60,013 bases of DNA, taken from assembly GCA_035278405.1 (NCBI GenBank), contig DATEJA010000240.1:1-60013 (forward strand), read 5' to 3'. This stretch comes from Sphingobium sp. GTDB taxonomy: Bacteria > Pseudomonadota > Alphaproteobacteria > Sphingomonadales > Sphingomonadaceae. Position numbers and translations under genes: made by a program. Shown here one piece after another: positions 30,285-39,887 of the stretch. Under the pieces are notes generated by a model. The model made no database searches, was not told the DNA's origin, and saw only the letters and a list, made by a program, of their open reading frames with translations. Within the stretch, counting starts at the first letter, position 1, and each line of letters begins with the position of its first letter.

Positions 30285-31184
30285 TCAGGCCAGCGTGTCG
30301 TTCCAGGGCGCGTCGCGAAACATGTCGCGCAGGAAGGCGATGAAGGCATCGACCGCCGCCGGGCGCCCGGCGGCGCGAGGATGGACGGCGTAGACGGCGA
30401 GGTCGCGGGGGCCTTCCCAACTGTCGAGCACCCGCACCAGCCGGCCTTGCGCCACCATCTCGCCCACGTCCCACAGCGATCGCAGCGCGATGCCGATGCC
30501 CGACAGAGCGAGTTCGCGGACGATTTCGCTGCTGTTGGTGCGGACATGGCTGCGCCCGTCGACCTGTTTGCGCGACCGGCCGCTGATCAGTCGCCAGGGC
30601 AGCTGTCCGTCCGCCGCGAGCAGGCGATGGCCGGCGAGATCGGGGATCCGCTGGGGCATGCCCCGTTCGGCGAGATAGGCGGGACTGGCGCAGAGGATGC
30701 GGCGGTTGGCGGCGAGATGATGCCCCTCCAGGCTGGCGGGCACTTCGCTGGTGATGCGCACGGCGACATCCACGCGGTCGGCCAGCAGGTCGACATAGGC
30801 GTCGGACAGGTTCAGCTCCAGATCGACCTTGGGGTGGCTTTTGAGGAAATGGTCGATGTGCGGCGCGACATGGAGGCGGCCGAAGGAGGTCGGCGCCGAC
30901 ACGCGCAGCGGTCCCGACACGGCGCGATGGCGGTTGGTCACCCGATCTTCCGCCTGTGCGATGGCGCCTAATATGGCGACGATGTCGCGGTGCAGGCTGG
31001 CGCCTTCCTCGGTCAGGGCAAGCTTGCGGGTGGTGCGGTGTACCAGCCGGACGCCCAGCCGCGCCTCCAGCCGGGCGATGCGCTTCGACATCATGGCGGG
31101 GGAGATCATCAGCATCCGCCCGGCCGCCGACAGGCTGCCCGCTTCGACGGCGCGGGCGAAGAGGACATAGTCGGGATCCATCAT
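30285..31184 (-). CDS. LysR regulator (CrgA-like), divergent from glcB
   Basis: GSLSAAGR, RLVHRTTRKLALTEEG, GPLRVSAPTSFG and CASPAYL. Confidence 0.9.
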   Translation of the reverse strand: MMDPDYVLFARAVEAGSLSAAGRMLMISPAMMSKRIARLEARLGVRLVHRTTRKLALTEEGASLHRDIVAILGAIAQAEDRVTNRHRAVSGPLRVSAPTSFGRLHVAPHIDHFLKSHPKVDLELNLSDAYVDLLADRVDVAVRITSEVPASLEGHHLAANRRILCASPAYLAERGMPQRIPDLAGHRLLAADGQLPWRLISGRSRKQVDGRSHVRTNSSEIVRELALSGIGIALRSLWDVGEMVAQGRLVRVLDSWEGPRDLAVYAVHPRAAGRPAAVDAFIAFLRDMFRDAPWNDTLA

Positions 31185-31287
31185 GATCTTTTCCTCATGG
31201 GAAAATATCTTTCAACTTTTTCTTGTCTAGTGCGATGATGGGGGTCGGTCTATAGCCTTGCCCGAGATTTTCCAAAGGGAGTGATCC

Positions 31288-33390
31288 ATGGGCGACATGA
31301 TCGAAAAGGCCGGCCTCCGGGTCGCCAGCGAACTGGTCGGGTTCATCGAGGACAAGGCCTTGCCGGGCACCGGCATCGCGGCGGATCGCTTCTGGACCGG
31401 CGTCGCGGCGATCTTCGCGCGCTTTGCGCCCCGCAACGCGGAACTGCTGGCGACGCGCGATGCGTTGCAGGCGCGGATCGACGCCTGGCATGGGGAGCGC
31501 GCGGGGCAGCCGATCGATGCGCAGGCCTATCGCGCGTTCCTGACCGAGATCGGCTATCTGGTGCCCGAGCCCGAACCCTTCGCGATCGGGTCGACGAAGG
31601 TCGATGACGAACTGGCGACGTTGGCCGGGCCGCAGCTGGTCGTGCCGATCCTGAACGCGCGGTTCCTGCTGAACGCCGCGAACGCGCGCTGGGGCAGCCT
31701 GTATGACGCGCTCTACGGCACCGATGCGATCCCTGGGAAGCCGGCCGGCAAGGGCTATGACGCGGCGCGGGGGGCGGAGGTTATCGCCTGGGGGCGGGCT
31801 TTCCTGGACAAGGCGGTGCCGCTGGAAACCGGCAGCTGGGCGGACTGGTCGGGTGGCGCGCCGGCGCTCAAGGACCCCTCGCAACTGGCCGGGCGGGCGG
31901 GGGAGAATATCCTGCTGCGCCATAATGGGCTGCATATCGAACTGGTGATCGACGCCGCGCATCCGATCGGCCGCGATGATCCCGCGCATCTGGCCGACAT
32001 CATGCTGGAATCGGCGCTTTCGACCATCTGTGATCTGGAGGATTCGGTCGCCGCCGTCGATGCCGCCGACAAGGTCGCCGCCTATGCCAATTGGCTGGGG
32101 CTGATGAAGGGCGAGTTGGAGGAGACGTTCGAGAAGAATGGCGCGACCATGACGCGGCGGCTCGACGCTGACCGCAGCTATGTCGCGCCCGACGGGAGCG
32201 CCTTCACCTTGCCGGGGCGGTCGCTGCTGTTCGTGCGCAATGTCGGCCATCTGATGACGACGCCGGCGGTTCGGCTGGCCGATGGCGGCGAAGCGCCCGA
32301 GGGTATCCTTGATGGCATCGTCACCAGCCTGATCGCGCTGCATGACCTCCAGCGCAAGGGGCGCTTCGTCAACAGCCGCGCGGGCAGCATCTATATCGTC
32401 AAGCCCAAGATGCATGGGCCGCAGGAAGCCGCCTTCACCAACGACCTGTTCGACGCGATCGAGGATCTGCTGGGGCTGGGGCGGCATGTGCTGAAGGTCG
32501 GGGTGATGGACGAGGAACGGCGCACCTCCGCCAATCTCGCCGCCTGCATCCATGCGGTGCGCGACCGCATCGTCTTCATCAATACCGGCTTTCTCGATCG
32601 CACCGGGGACGAGATCCACACGTCGATGCGCGCCGGGCCGATGATCCGCAAGGGCGAGATGAAGACGTCCGCCTGGATCAAGGCCTATGAGGACCGCAAC
32701 GTCCAGATCGGGCTTGCTTGCGGGCTTTCGGGTCGGGCGCAGATCGGCAAGGGGATGTGGGCCGCGCCCGATCGGATGGCGGACATGCTGGAACAGAAGA
32801 TCGGCCATCCGCAGACCGGCGCCAACACGGCCTGGGTGCCTTCGCCCACCGCCGCGACGCTGCATGCGACGCATTATCATGCGGTCGACGTCTTCGCCCG
32901 CCAGCAGGAGCGCCGCGCCGAGCCGGTGGCGAGCCTCGACACGCTGCTGAGCGTGCCGCTGGCGGCGGGGCGGAACTGGTCGGAGCAGGAGATTGCGGAG
33001 GAGCTGGACAATAATGCCCAAGGCATCCTTGGCTATGTCGTGCGCTGGGTCGACCAGGGGGTCGGCTGTTCGAAGGTGCCCGACATCCATGATATCGGCC
33101 TGATGGAGGACCGCGCGACGCTGCGCATTTCCTCGCAGCATATGGCGAACTGGATGCTGCACGGGGTCTGTTCCGCCGAACAGGTGGACGCGGCGCTGCG
33201 GCGCATGGCGCTCAAGGTCGACGCACAGAATGAGGGCGATCCGCTCTATCGGCCGATGAGCGGAAATGAGGAGAGGAGCCTGGCCTATCAGGCCGCGCGG
33301 GCGCTGGTGTTCGAAGGGGTGAGCCAGCCTAACGGCTATACCGAGCCGCTGTTGCACAGGTTCCGGGCGCGGGTGAAGGGGCAGGGGTAA
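31288..33390 (+). CDS. glcB: Malate synthase G
   Basis: [54 protein letters not shown] and [13 protein letters not shown]. Confidence 0.97.
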   Translation: MGDMIEKAGLRVASELVGFIEDKALPGTGIAADRFWTGVAAIFARFAPRNAELLATRDALQARIDAWHGERAGQPIDAQAYRAFLTEIGYLVPEPEPFAIGSTKVDDELATLAGPQLVVPILNARFLLNAANARWGSLYDALYGTDAIPGKPAGKGYDAARGAEVIAWGRAFLDKAVPLETGSWADWSGGAPALKDPSQLAGRAGENILLRHNGLHIELVIDAAHPIGRDDPAHLADIMLESALSTICDLEDSVAAVDAADKVAAYANWLGLMKGELEETFEKNGATMTRRLDADRSYVAPDGSAFTLPGRSLLFVRNVGHLMTTPAVRLADGGEAPEGILDGIVTSLIALHDLQRKGRFVNSRAGSIYIVKPKMHGPQEAAFTNDLFDAIEDLLGLGRHVLKVGVMDEERRTSANLAACIHAVRDRIVFINTGFLDRTGDEIHTSMRAGPMIRKGEMKTSAWIKAYEDRNVQIGLACGLSGRAQIGKGMWAAPDRMADMLEQKIGHPQTGANTAWVPSPTAATLHATHYHAVDVFARQQERRAEPVASLDTLLSVPLAAGRNWSEQEIAEELDNNAQGILGYVVRWVDQGVGCSKVPDIHDIGLMEDRATLRISSQHMANWMLHGVCSAEQVDAALRRMALKVDAQNEGDPLYRPMSGNEERSLAYQAARALVFEGVSQPNGYTEPLLHRFRARVKGQG

Positions 33391-33397
33391 AATGTGG

Positions 33398-33427
33398 CGT
33401 GCGCTCCTGCTTTCGCAGGAGCACGGC
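33398..33427. terminator. Hairpin between convergent glcB and phosphatase genes (terminator or REP half-element)
   Basis: GCTCCTGC-TTTC-GCAGGAGC stem. Confidence 0.5.
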
Positions 33428-33477
33428 GCGCTTCAATTTCGCTCCCGTCGCTCCCGCGTAGGTGGGAAGGGGGCGCG

Positions 33478-33951
33478 TTAGGCCTGTAGCCGCTTGACGA
33501 TCGCTCTAGCCGCGCGGATGACGTCGTCCCAGGTGATGTCGAACCCGGCGTCGTCGCCGAAATAAGGGTCGGTGACGCCGCTGCCTTCGCGGCCGGGCAC
33601 CAGGTCCATCAGCAGGCGCAGGTCCGCCTTGCCGTCCGAAGGGCGCAGGCGGCGCAGATTTTTGAGATTCTCCGCATCCAGCGCGAAGACATGGGTGAAG
33701 CGGTGGAAATCCGCCGCCGTCACCTGCCGGCCGCGATAGTGGGAAATGTCGATGCCGTGCCGCAGCGCGACGGCCTGGGCGCGTGCGTCGGGCGGCGATC
33801 CGACATGCCAGTCGCCGGTGCCGGCCGAGTCCACTTCGATCGTCAGGCCCGCCCGCGCGGCCTCTTCGCGCAAGGCGGCCTCGGCAAGGGGCGAGCGGCA
33901 GATATTGCCGAGGCACACGAAGAGGATGGCGGGGGGTGTCGTTTCAGTCAT
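33478..33951 (-). CDS. Low-molecular-weight protein-tyrosine phosphatase
   Basis: CLGNICRS P-loop, DSAGT and DPYF; start trimmed to MTETTP. Confidence 0.93.
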   Translation of the reverse strand: MTETTPPAILFVCLGNICRSPLAEAALREEAARAGLTIEVDSAGTGDWHVGSPPDARAQAVALRHGIDISHYRGRQVTAADFHRFTHVFALDAENLKNLRRLRPSDGKADLRLLMDLVPGREGSGVTDPYFGDDAGFDITWDDVIRAARAIVKRLQA

Positions 33952-33958
33952 TTGGCTT

Positions 33959-34022
33959 CGGTTCGGCCGGAGCTTGTCGAGAAGGGGTGCGCGGGGTTCT
34001 CGACAGGCTCGAACCGAACGGG
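33959..34022. repeat. Degenerate palindromic element of the GAGCTTGTCGA type
   Basis: GTTCGG..GAGCTTGTCGAGAA...TTCTCGACAGGCTC..CCGAAC; relative of 9770-9845. Confidence 0.7.
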
Positions 34023-34045
34023 GGTGGGAAGCGGGGCAGAAAGGC

Positions 34046-35500
34046 TCATCCTTCCGCCGCTGCCGTGCTGAGGCCCAGTTGCGGGACGCCGATCGAGCGC
34101 CGGCCGCCAAAGTCGGTGCGCGCGACGATAACGCCCAGCTTTTCCATATAGTCGATGAGCCGCCGCACGCGGCCCGGCGAACTGGTGCCATAGGCGCGGG
34201 CCAGCGCCGCGTCGTCGGGACAGGGGAGGCCCTGCATCGCCGCCCGCGCGATCAGCAGGAAGGGCGCCAGCATATCCTCGGGCACCGGCTCGGCCGCCTT
34301 CATGGCGTCGGCCCAGCGCGGGTCGTCGGCGTCGAACATACCCGCCTGCGCCATCGCGAAGCGCTTGCGGAAGGCCGGCAAGTCGAGCGGCGGGGTGCGC
34401 AAGCCCTTCATCCGGCAGCGCACGCCGAAATCCTGGTAGAGCGTCGACACGCTGGGCTGCGCTTCGCCCAGATCCGCGACGATCTCTTCGAGTACGGCGA
34501 CGATCACCGGCTCATTCTGCCCGAAGTCCAGTTCCGGCGCGGCGGGCTTGGCTGAAGGCGCGGCGGCGAGCGCGCGCATCAGCTCCTCGGCGGGCAGCGG
34601 CGGCGGCTCGGCGCGCGGCGGAGGAGGGGGTAGAGCCTCCTCATCGCCGGCGCTGGCGAACAGCAGTTCCTGCAGATTTTCGGTCGCGGCGACGGGCGGC
34701 GGCATCAGCTTGTGCGTGCCGCCGCGCGTGCCGGTCTTGACCGTGCCGATCTTCACCGCGACCGGCCGCCGCGCGATCGCCGGGCCAAGACCGAGGAAAC
34801 GGCCGCGCTCCAGGTCGCGGATCTGCTCGGCCTGGCGCCGCTCCATGCCGAGCAGGTCGGCCGCGCGCGCCATGTCGATGTCGAGGAAGGTGCGCCCCAT
34901 CAGGAAATTGGACGCTTCGGCCGCGACATTCTTGGCAAGCTTCGCCAGCCGCTGCGTCGCGATCACGCCGGCGAGGCCGCGCTTGCGCCCCCGGCACATG
35001 AGGTTCGTCATCGCCGCCAGCGACAAACGCCGCGCCTCGTCCGACACATCGCCCGCCGCCACGGGCGCGAACATCTGCGCTTCGTCGACCACCACCAGCG
35101 CGGGATACCAATGGTCGCGCGGCGCATCGAACAGGGTGGACAGAAAGGTCGCGGCGCATTTCATCTGCGCCTCCAGCTCCAGGCTTTCCAGGCTCAGCAC
35201 GACAGAGGCGCGATGTTCACGGATGCGCATCGCCATCTTGAGGATCTCGCGCTCATTATAGTCGCCCGCGTCGATCACGACATGGCCATATTCGTCGGCC
35301 AGCGTGACGAAGTCACCTTCCGGATCGATCACCACCTGCTGCACCAGCGCAGCGCTTTCCTCCAGCAGGCGGCGCAGCAGATGCGACTTGCCCGACCCCG
35401 AATTGCCCTGGACGAGCAGACGGGTGGCGAGCAGTTCTTCCACGTCGACCAGAACGGGATTGCCGTTGCTGTCGCTTCCTATGCTGATGCTGGCGGTCAC
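34046..35500 (-). CDS. HerA/FtsK-like P-loop ATPase (DUF87/DUF853-like) with a C-terminal helical domain
   Basis: Walker A GNSGSGKS, IDPEGDF, Walker B VVVDEAQ, RGRKRG and ATQR; probable GTG start. Confidence 0.85.
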   Translation of the reverse strand: MTASISIGSDSNGNPVLVDVEELLATRLLVQGNSGSGKSHLLRRLLEESAALVQQVVIDPEGDFVTLADEYGHVVIDAGDYNEREILKMAMRIREHRASVVLSLESLELEAQMKCAATFLSTLFDAPRDHWYPALVVVDEAQMFAPVAAGDVSDEARRLSLAAMTNLMCRGRKRGLAGVIATQRLAKLAKNVAAEASNFLMGRTFLDIDMARAADLLGMERRQAEQIRDLERGRFLGLGPAIARRPVAVKIGTVKTGTRGGTHKLMPPPVAATENLQELLFASAGDEEALPPPPPRAEPPPLPAEELMRALAAAPSAKPAAPELDFGQNEPVIVAVLEEIVADLGEAQPSVSTLYQDFGVRCRMKGLRTPPLDLPAFRKRFAMAQAGMFDADDPRWADAMKAAEPVPEDMLAPFLLIARAAMQGLPCPDDAALARAYGTSSPGRVRRLIDYMEKLGVIVARTDFGGRRSIGVPQLGLSTAAAEG

Positions 35501-35556
35501 CCTCACCCTTTGGCCCAGGCGGAGGGCTTCGCGCAACCCTGCTGTGAGCCTGCTCG

Positions 35557-36183
35557 TCAGCCGGCTGCGGCGGGGAACGTGCCCTGATGGCCCAGGCCCA
35601 GCAGCGAGAAGCGGATGACATCGTTCAAAATTGCCTCCAGTTCCTGGGGCGCGCGCACGACGCTGACGGCGGCGGCATGCACCACGCCCGCCATCATGGC
35701 CACGGTGAAGCGCAGGTGGCGCACCGGCTGAAACTGGCCCGCGGCAATGCCTTCCTGAACCACCCTGCCGACCGGCGCATTGATTTCGGCGAGCGGCGCG
35801 CTGGCGATGTCGGCCCGGACGCCGGCGGGCTCGATCATGGAACGAAGCACCAGATGCCGGTGCTGCGCGGAACTGAACCAGGTCAGGATGGCGCGGAAAA
35901 TATCGGCCAGACGTTCGGGCGGGTCCTTGTCCTGTTGCGCGAGGCCGGTGACTTCTTCGAGCAGTTGCTGCGCGGCATGGGCCGCCGCCTTGGCGATCAG
36001 CGTCGGTTTGTCCCGGGCATAATTGTAGAGCGTGTTGCGGGCGAGCCCTGCCGCCTGGCCGATGGTGGCGAAGGTGATCTCCTCATAGGAATGAGTCGCC
36101 AGCAGATGTTCGATCGCGTCGGTCAGGGCCGCCCAGACGGCTTCATTATGATCTTCCAGCTTGGCAGAGCGGATCTTCGGCAT
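35557..36183 (-). CDS. TetR family regulator
   Basis: SYEEITFATIGQAAGLARNTLYNY HTH motif. Confidence 0.9.
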   Translation of the reverse strand: MPKIRSAKLEDHNEAVWAALTDAIEHLLATHSYEEITFATIGQAAGLARNTLYNYARDKPTLIAKAAAHAAQQLLEEVTGLAQQDKDPPERLADIFRAILTWFSSAQHRHLVLRSMIEPAGVRADIASAPLAEINAPVGRVVQEGIAAGQFQPVRHLRFTVAMMAGVVHAAAVSVVRAPQELEAILNDVIRFSLLGLGHQGTFPAAAG

Positions 36184-36201
36184 GCACTTCCTTCCCTCTT
36201 C

Positions 36202-36216
36202 GCGACATGATGTCGC
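36202..36216. promoter_or_regulatory. Candidate TetR autoregulatory operator GCGACAT-G-ATGTCGC
   Basis: Perfect 7-1-7 palindrome about 19 bp upstream of the tetR start. Confidence 0.55.
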
Positions 36217-36363
36217 AAAGTCACGACGCGGCGAGCATTGGATAGAGGAAGGAGACAGGAAGCGCCAGCGTTCGGTCTTGAGGGCTGGTGCTGATGGCTG
36301 CGCGTGGGGACCCTTGTGACGGGGAGGGAGCGGACGGGGCCGCCTCTCTTTGCGGTGGTGTTT

Positions 36364-36501
36364 GCGCAGAGGAGCAGAGGAGCAGAGGGCGGCGACACAG
36401 GGATTCGGGTCTTCGCGTCACCTCTTGGGGTGGAGAGATATTGTTCACTCGGAGACGCGGAGACGCGGAGAAATTCTCCGTGCCTCTGCGCCTTTGCGCG
36501 A
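36364..36501. repeat. Composite element of 8-bp-period repeats forming hairpins
   Basis: GCAGAGGA units in tandem, then CGGAGACG units facing CTCCGTGC/CTCTGCGC/CTTTGCGC. Confidence 0.65.
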
Positions 36502-36590
36502 CATCTTTCGGGGAATTCATGTTCCTGCCGGGGCAGGTAAGCGCCCATGTCCCTGTCTGGCAGAAACATGGGCGCTTTCGCGTTCCGCCG

Positions 36591-37811
36591 TCAGCGCGTG
36601 TAGCGTTCCGGCACCGGGAATTTGAACAGCCGCGCGGCGTTGAGGCCCAATATCTTCGCGCGCGTATCGTCGCTCAGATGACCCATTTCGCGCTCGATCG
36701 CGGCCGCCGAATGGGGGAAGGTCCCCTCATGGTGCGGATAGTCATTGGCCCAGCAGAAATTGTTGGTGAGATTGTAAGCCTCGACCAGCAGCATGCCCGA
36801 ACGATCTTCCTCGAAGGTGGCGGCGCCATGTTCGCGGAAATAGTCGCTGGGCAGGCCGTGCTGCAGCTTCGGTCGCACCCACATATGATGCTTGCGATAA
36901 GTCTCGTCCATCAGGTCGAGCAGCGAGGGAATCCAGCCGACGCCCGCTTCGACCGACACGAAGCGCAGTTTGGGATAACGGTCGAGGATGCCCGAGGTGC
37001 ACAGCGCCGCGATCGGATCGACCACCATCTGGTGCGAAAAGGCGCGGTTGATGATCGCCCCGCCCGGACCACGCGCGGCGCGCGGATCGCCGGCGGTCGC
37101 GACATGGAAGGTCATCGTCATGTCGGCGTCCTGGATCGCGGCCCAGACGGGATCGAAATCCTTGTGGTTATATTTGCGTTCCTTGTCGCCCGGCACGGGA
37201 GCGGCGGGCAGGGTGATGACGTCGAAGCCCAGCTTCGCCGCATGTTCGACACCCTTGACGGCCAGGTCCACGTCGCCGGTGGCGATGGCTGCCGCCATCT
37301 TCATGCGGTGGCGGTGCGGCCGGGTGATTTCGGCGGCCCATTCATTGTAGATGTTGAACTGCGCCTGGGCGAAGGCCGCGTCCGGCGTCCAGAAAGCGCC
37401 GATCGCCGGGCCGTTGGGGAAGATCAGTTCCGCATCGACGCCATCCTTGTCCAGGTCCGCCATGCGGCGTGCCACGTCGGTTTCCGGGTCATCGCCGATC
37501 GCGTCGGCATGGGCGCGATAGGCGTCCTCACCCTCCAGATTGTCGGGGATGATGCGGCTGGGCCGCGCGCCTTCGATGTGCAGGATGCGGCCGCCGTCGG
37601 GCGTCGCTTCCATGCGCGGCAGGCGGTCACGATATTCGGGAGCGATGCGGCTGGCGACCAGCGCGCGCGGCGGCGTGATGTGCGTGTCGGCCGACACCAT
37701 GAAATATTTGCGCGCGGCGTCGACACGCGGCGAGCGCGGCCAGCCGGCATCGCCCGGGGTTTCGCGGCGCCAGGCATTGGGCTCGGTTACGGAAACTTCA
37801 GCCAGGGACAT
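36591..37811 (-). CDS. Amidohydrolase family protein (Amidohydro_2)
   Basis: SADTH, TFHV, VEAGVGW and WANDYPHHEG; AGGAGG RBS before MSLAEV. Confidence 0.88.
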   Translation of the reverse strand: MSLAEVSVTEPNAWRRETPGDAGWPRSPRVDAARKYFMVSADTHITPPRALVASRIAPEYRDRLPRMEATPDGGRILHIEGARPSRIIPDNLEGEDAYRAHADAIGDDPETDVARRMADLDKDGVDAELIFPNGPAIGAFWTPDAAFAQAQFNIYNEWAAEITRPHRHRMKMAAAIATGDVDLAVKGVEHAAKLGFDVITLPAAPVPGDKERKYNHKDFDPVWAAIQDADMTMTFHVATAGDPRAARGPGGAIINRAFSHQMVVDPIAALCTSGILDRYPKLRFVSVEAGVGWIPSLLDLMDETYRKHHMWVRPKLQHGLPSDYFREHGAATFEEDRSGMLLVEAYNLTNNFCWANDYPHHEGTFPHSAAAIEREMGHLSDDTRAKILGLNAARLFKFPVPERYTR

Positions 37812-37876
37812 GATCAATTCCTCCTGCATACCTTATACCGGATGCGACGAACGGGGTCAGCCCGCGCGCGGGCAGC

Positions 37877-37897
37877 GCGGGTTCAAATTACATATGT
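37877..37897. promoter_or_regulatory. Candidate operator, copy 1 (GCGGGTTCAAATTACATATGT)
   Basis: 19 of 21 bases identical to 41176-41196; flanked by the inverted repeat CGGGCAGCG/CGCTGCCCG. Confidence 0.6.
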
Positions 37898-37921
37898 CAT
37901 CCGCTGCCCGCCTGGGGGCGG

Positions 37922-38740
37922 TCAGGTGGTGAATTCGAACAGCAGGCCCCGATTGGCCTCTGCCGGCACCAGCAGCCGGTCCGGGGTCGATCCGGGCAGC
38001 AGGTCGACGCCGCGCTCCTTGAAATAGCCGACGGCGACGTCGCGATCGGCGATGCCGAACAGGGTCGAGCGGATGCCCGGGCCGTAGCGCTTCAGGAACT
38101 CTGTCAGTTCGCCTTCGCCCAGCGGCGCGATCAGTTCGATCACCGTGTCGGCGACCTGGAGGCCGATCGCGCGGGCGTTGAGCGCGGGGCGCGCTTCTTC
38201 ATAGACGGTCTCGGTCGCGAAGAAGCCGCGCAGGAAGGCCAGGCCCGCGTCGATGTCATGCACCGCGATCGAATAGCCTTTGAGCCCGGTCATGCGGAGC
38301 GGATGCTCCTGCGTCCAGTGCCGCTGGGGCAGGATCGGGCGGCCGAGCGCGGGCCATTCCTTTTCATGGAAGCCCAGGCTGTAGAATTCGAACGAGACGC
38401 CCAGCGTGTCGTCGGGATGGGTGTGGATGGCGACGCCGATGTCGCGGATGATGCGGATATTCTGGTCGGCGACGACCTTGCGCACGACGTCCGTGTCCGC
38501 CTGATATTCGACGCCCAAATGGAAGGGGCCGTAGCGGGCGTTGAGCAGATAGGCTTCGGGCACGAACAGTTCGATGATGCCGCCGCCCATCGCCACCAGG
38601 CAGGCATGGAAGGCCGGCGAGGGCAGATCGACGACGAATTCGGCGTCATAGAGTGTCTTGAAATGTTCGACGCTGGCGTCGAAGTCTTCCATCACAACAT
38701 TCATGTGGTTGACGCGGACAGGCGCGATACGATCAGTCAT
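37922..38740 (-). CDS. Two-domain VOC (glyoxalase/epimerase-like) protein
   Basis: VNHMNVVMEDFD, IIELFVP, FEF, and a second repeat IAVHDID...IELIAP...LFEF. Confidence 0.8.
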   Translation of the reverse strand: MTDRIAPVRVNHMNVVMEDFDASVEHFKTLYDAEFVVDLPSPAFHACLVAMGGGIIELFVPEAYLLNARYGPFHLGVEYQADTDVVRKVVADQNIRIIRDIGVAIHTHPDDTLGVSFEFYSLGFHEKEWPALGRPILPQRHWTQEHPLRMTGLKGYSIAVHDIDAGLAFLRGFFATETVYEEARPALNARAIGLQVADTVIELIAPLGEGELTEFLKRYGPGIRSTLFGIADRDVAVGYFKERGVDLLPGSTPDRLLVPAEANRGLLFEFTT

Positions 38741-38762
38741 TGTCCAGATTTCCCTCAATTGC

Positions 38763-39845
38763 TCAGCGCAGATGTTTTTTGAAGAAGCCGGCGATCACCT
38801 TGTAGGCTTGCCGCGATTCCGGAAGGTTCGCGCCATAGATGTAGCAATGGCCAAGCGCCTCGCCCACGATCAGCGTCGACTCCACGCCTTCATTCAGCAG
38901 CGCGCTGTTGGTGACGATCGCCGGGCTCATGTCCATCGCACGGCTGCCGGTGATGATGAGCGACGGCGGGAAGCGGGCGATGACGTCGGGATGAAGTGCG
39001 GGCGAGATGGTGGCGTCGCGCATGTCGGCATTGCCGAAATAATCATGCGTCAGCGCCTTGAACATGCCGTCGTTCCTGCCCCGCACCGGCGGCGGGAAGT
39101 TGCCGTCGATATAGCCCGCGATATAGGCGGAATCGCCCGTGCGGAACGGCACCGCGCCCGCGCCGAACATGCCGATCGCGGCGGGTTCCGGCAGATTATT
39201 CTGTGCCAGCCACGATGCGACCTGCCCGGTGAGCGCGCCACCGGCGGAGCAGCCGTAGATGCCGATCTGTTGCGGCTTGTAGCGCTTGAGCAATTCGCGA
39301 TAGACCGACACGATGTCCATGAGACCCGCCGGGTGCTGATATTCGGGCGCCATGCGATAGTCGACGCTGATCACCTTATAGCCGCCCACCGACGCGATCG
39401 GGATCGATTCCAGCTTCGAACAGGCGTCGAAGCAGACGGAAAAGCCGCCGCCATGCAGGTTGATGAGCACATGGTCAGGGTCTGCGGGCCGATCCCTGGG
39501 CGTGAAGATGCGGGTCGCGACACCGGCGATCCGTTCTTCCCTCATGTCGACCGCATAGCGGGCATTCATCATGCCGACCATGGGCGCGAGCGCGGCATCC
39601 ATCTGCTGACGGGCCTGCATGATGTCGCCCGGGATATTGCCCGCGGCCTTTTTGAGCGAGGCGGCGGCGCGCAGTCCGTCGCTCGCTTCCTTGCTGGCAA
39701 GGTCGGACGGCGGCAGCGCGAAGCCTGGCACCTGGACGGTGCCGTCCGACTGGAATTCGGGTCGGGAGGGGGTGGGCGCCTGCGCCCACAGCGCCGAAGT
39801 GCCTGCCGCGATCATGGCAGCAAGAGAAACCGTCTTCCACCGCAT
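38763..39845 (-). CDS. Exported alpha/beta hydrolase (HSL-family esterase or lactonase)
   Basis: Signal peptide MRWKTVSLAAMIAAGTSALWA; HGGGF, DYRMAPE, GCSAGG and LGHC. Confidence 0.88.
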   Translation of the reverse strand: MRWKTVSLAAMIAAGTSALWAQAPTPSRPEFQSDGTVQVPGFALPPSDLASKEASDGLRAAASLKKAAGNIPGDIMQARQQMDAALAPMVGMMNARYAVDMREERIAGVATRIFTPRDRPADPDHVLINLHGGGFSVCFDACSKLESIPIASVGGYKVISVDYRMAPEYQHPAGLMDIVSVYRELLKRYKPQQIGIYGCSAGGALTGQVASWLAQNNLPEPAAIGMFGAGAVPFRTGDSAYIAGYIDGNFPPPVRGRNDGMFKALTHDYFGNADMRDATISPALHPDVIARFPPSLIITGSRAMDMSPAIVTNSALLNEGVESTLIVGEALGHCYIYGANLPESRQAYKVIAGFFKKHLR

Positions 39846-39887
39846 ATCTTCCCTCCTTGAAGCGCCTGTATTTACAGGTCGATGCCG

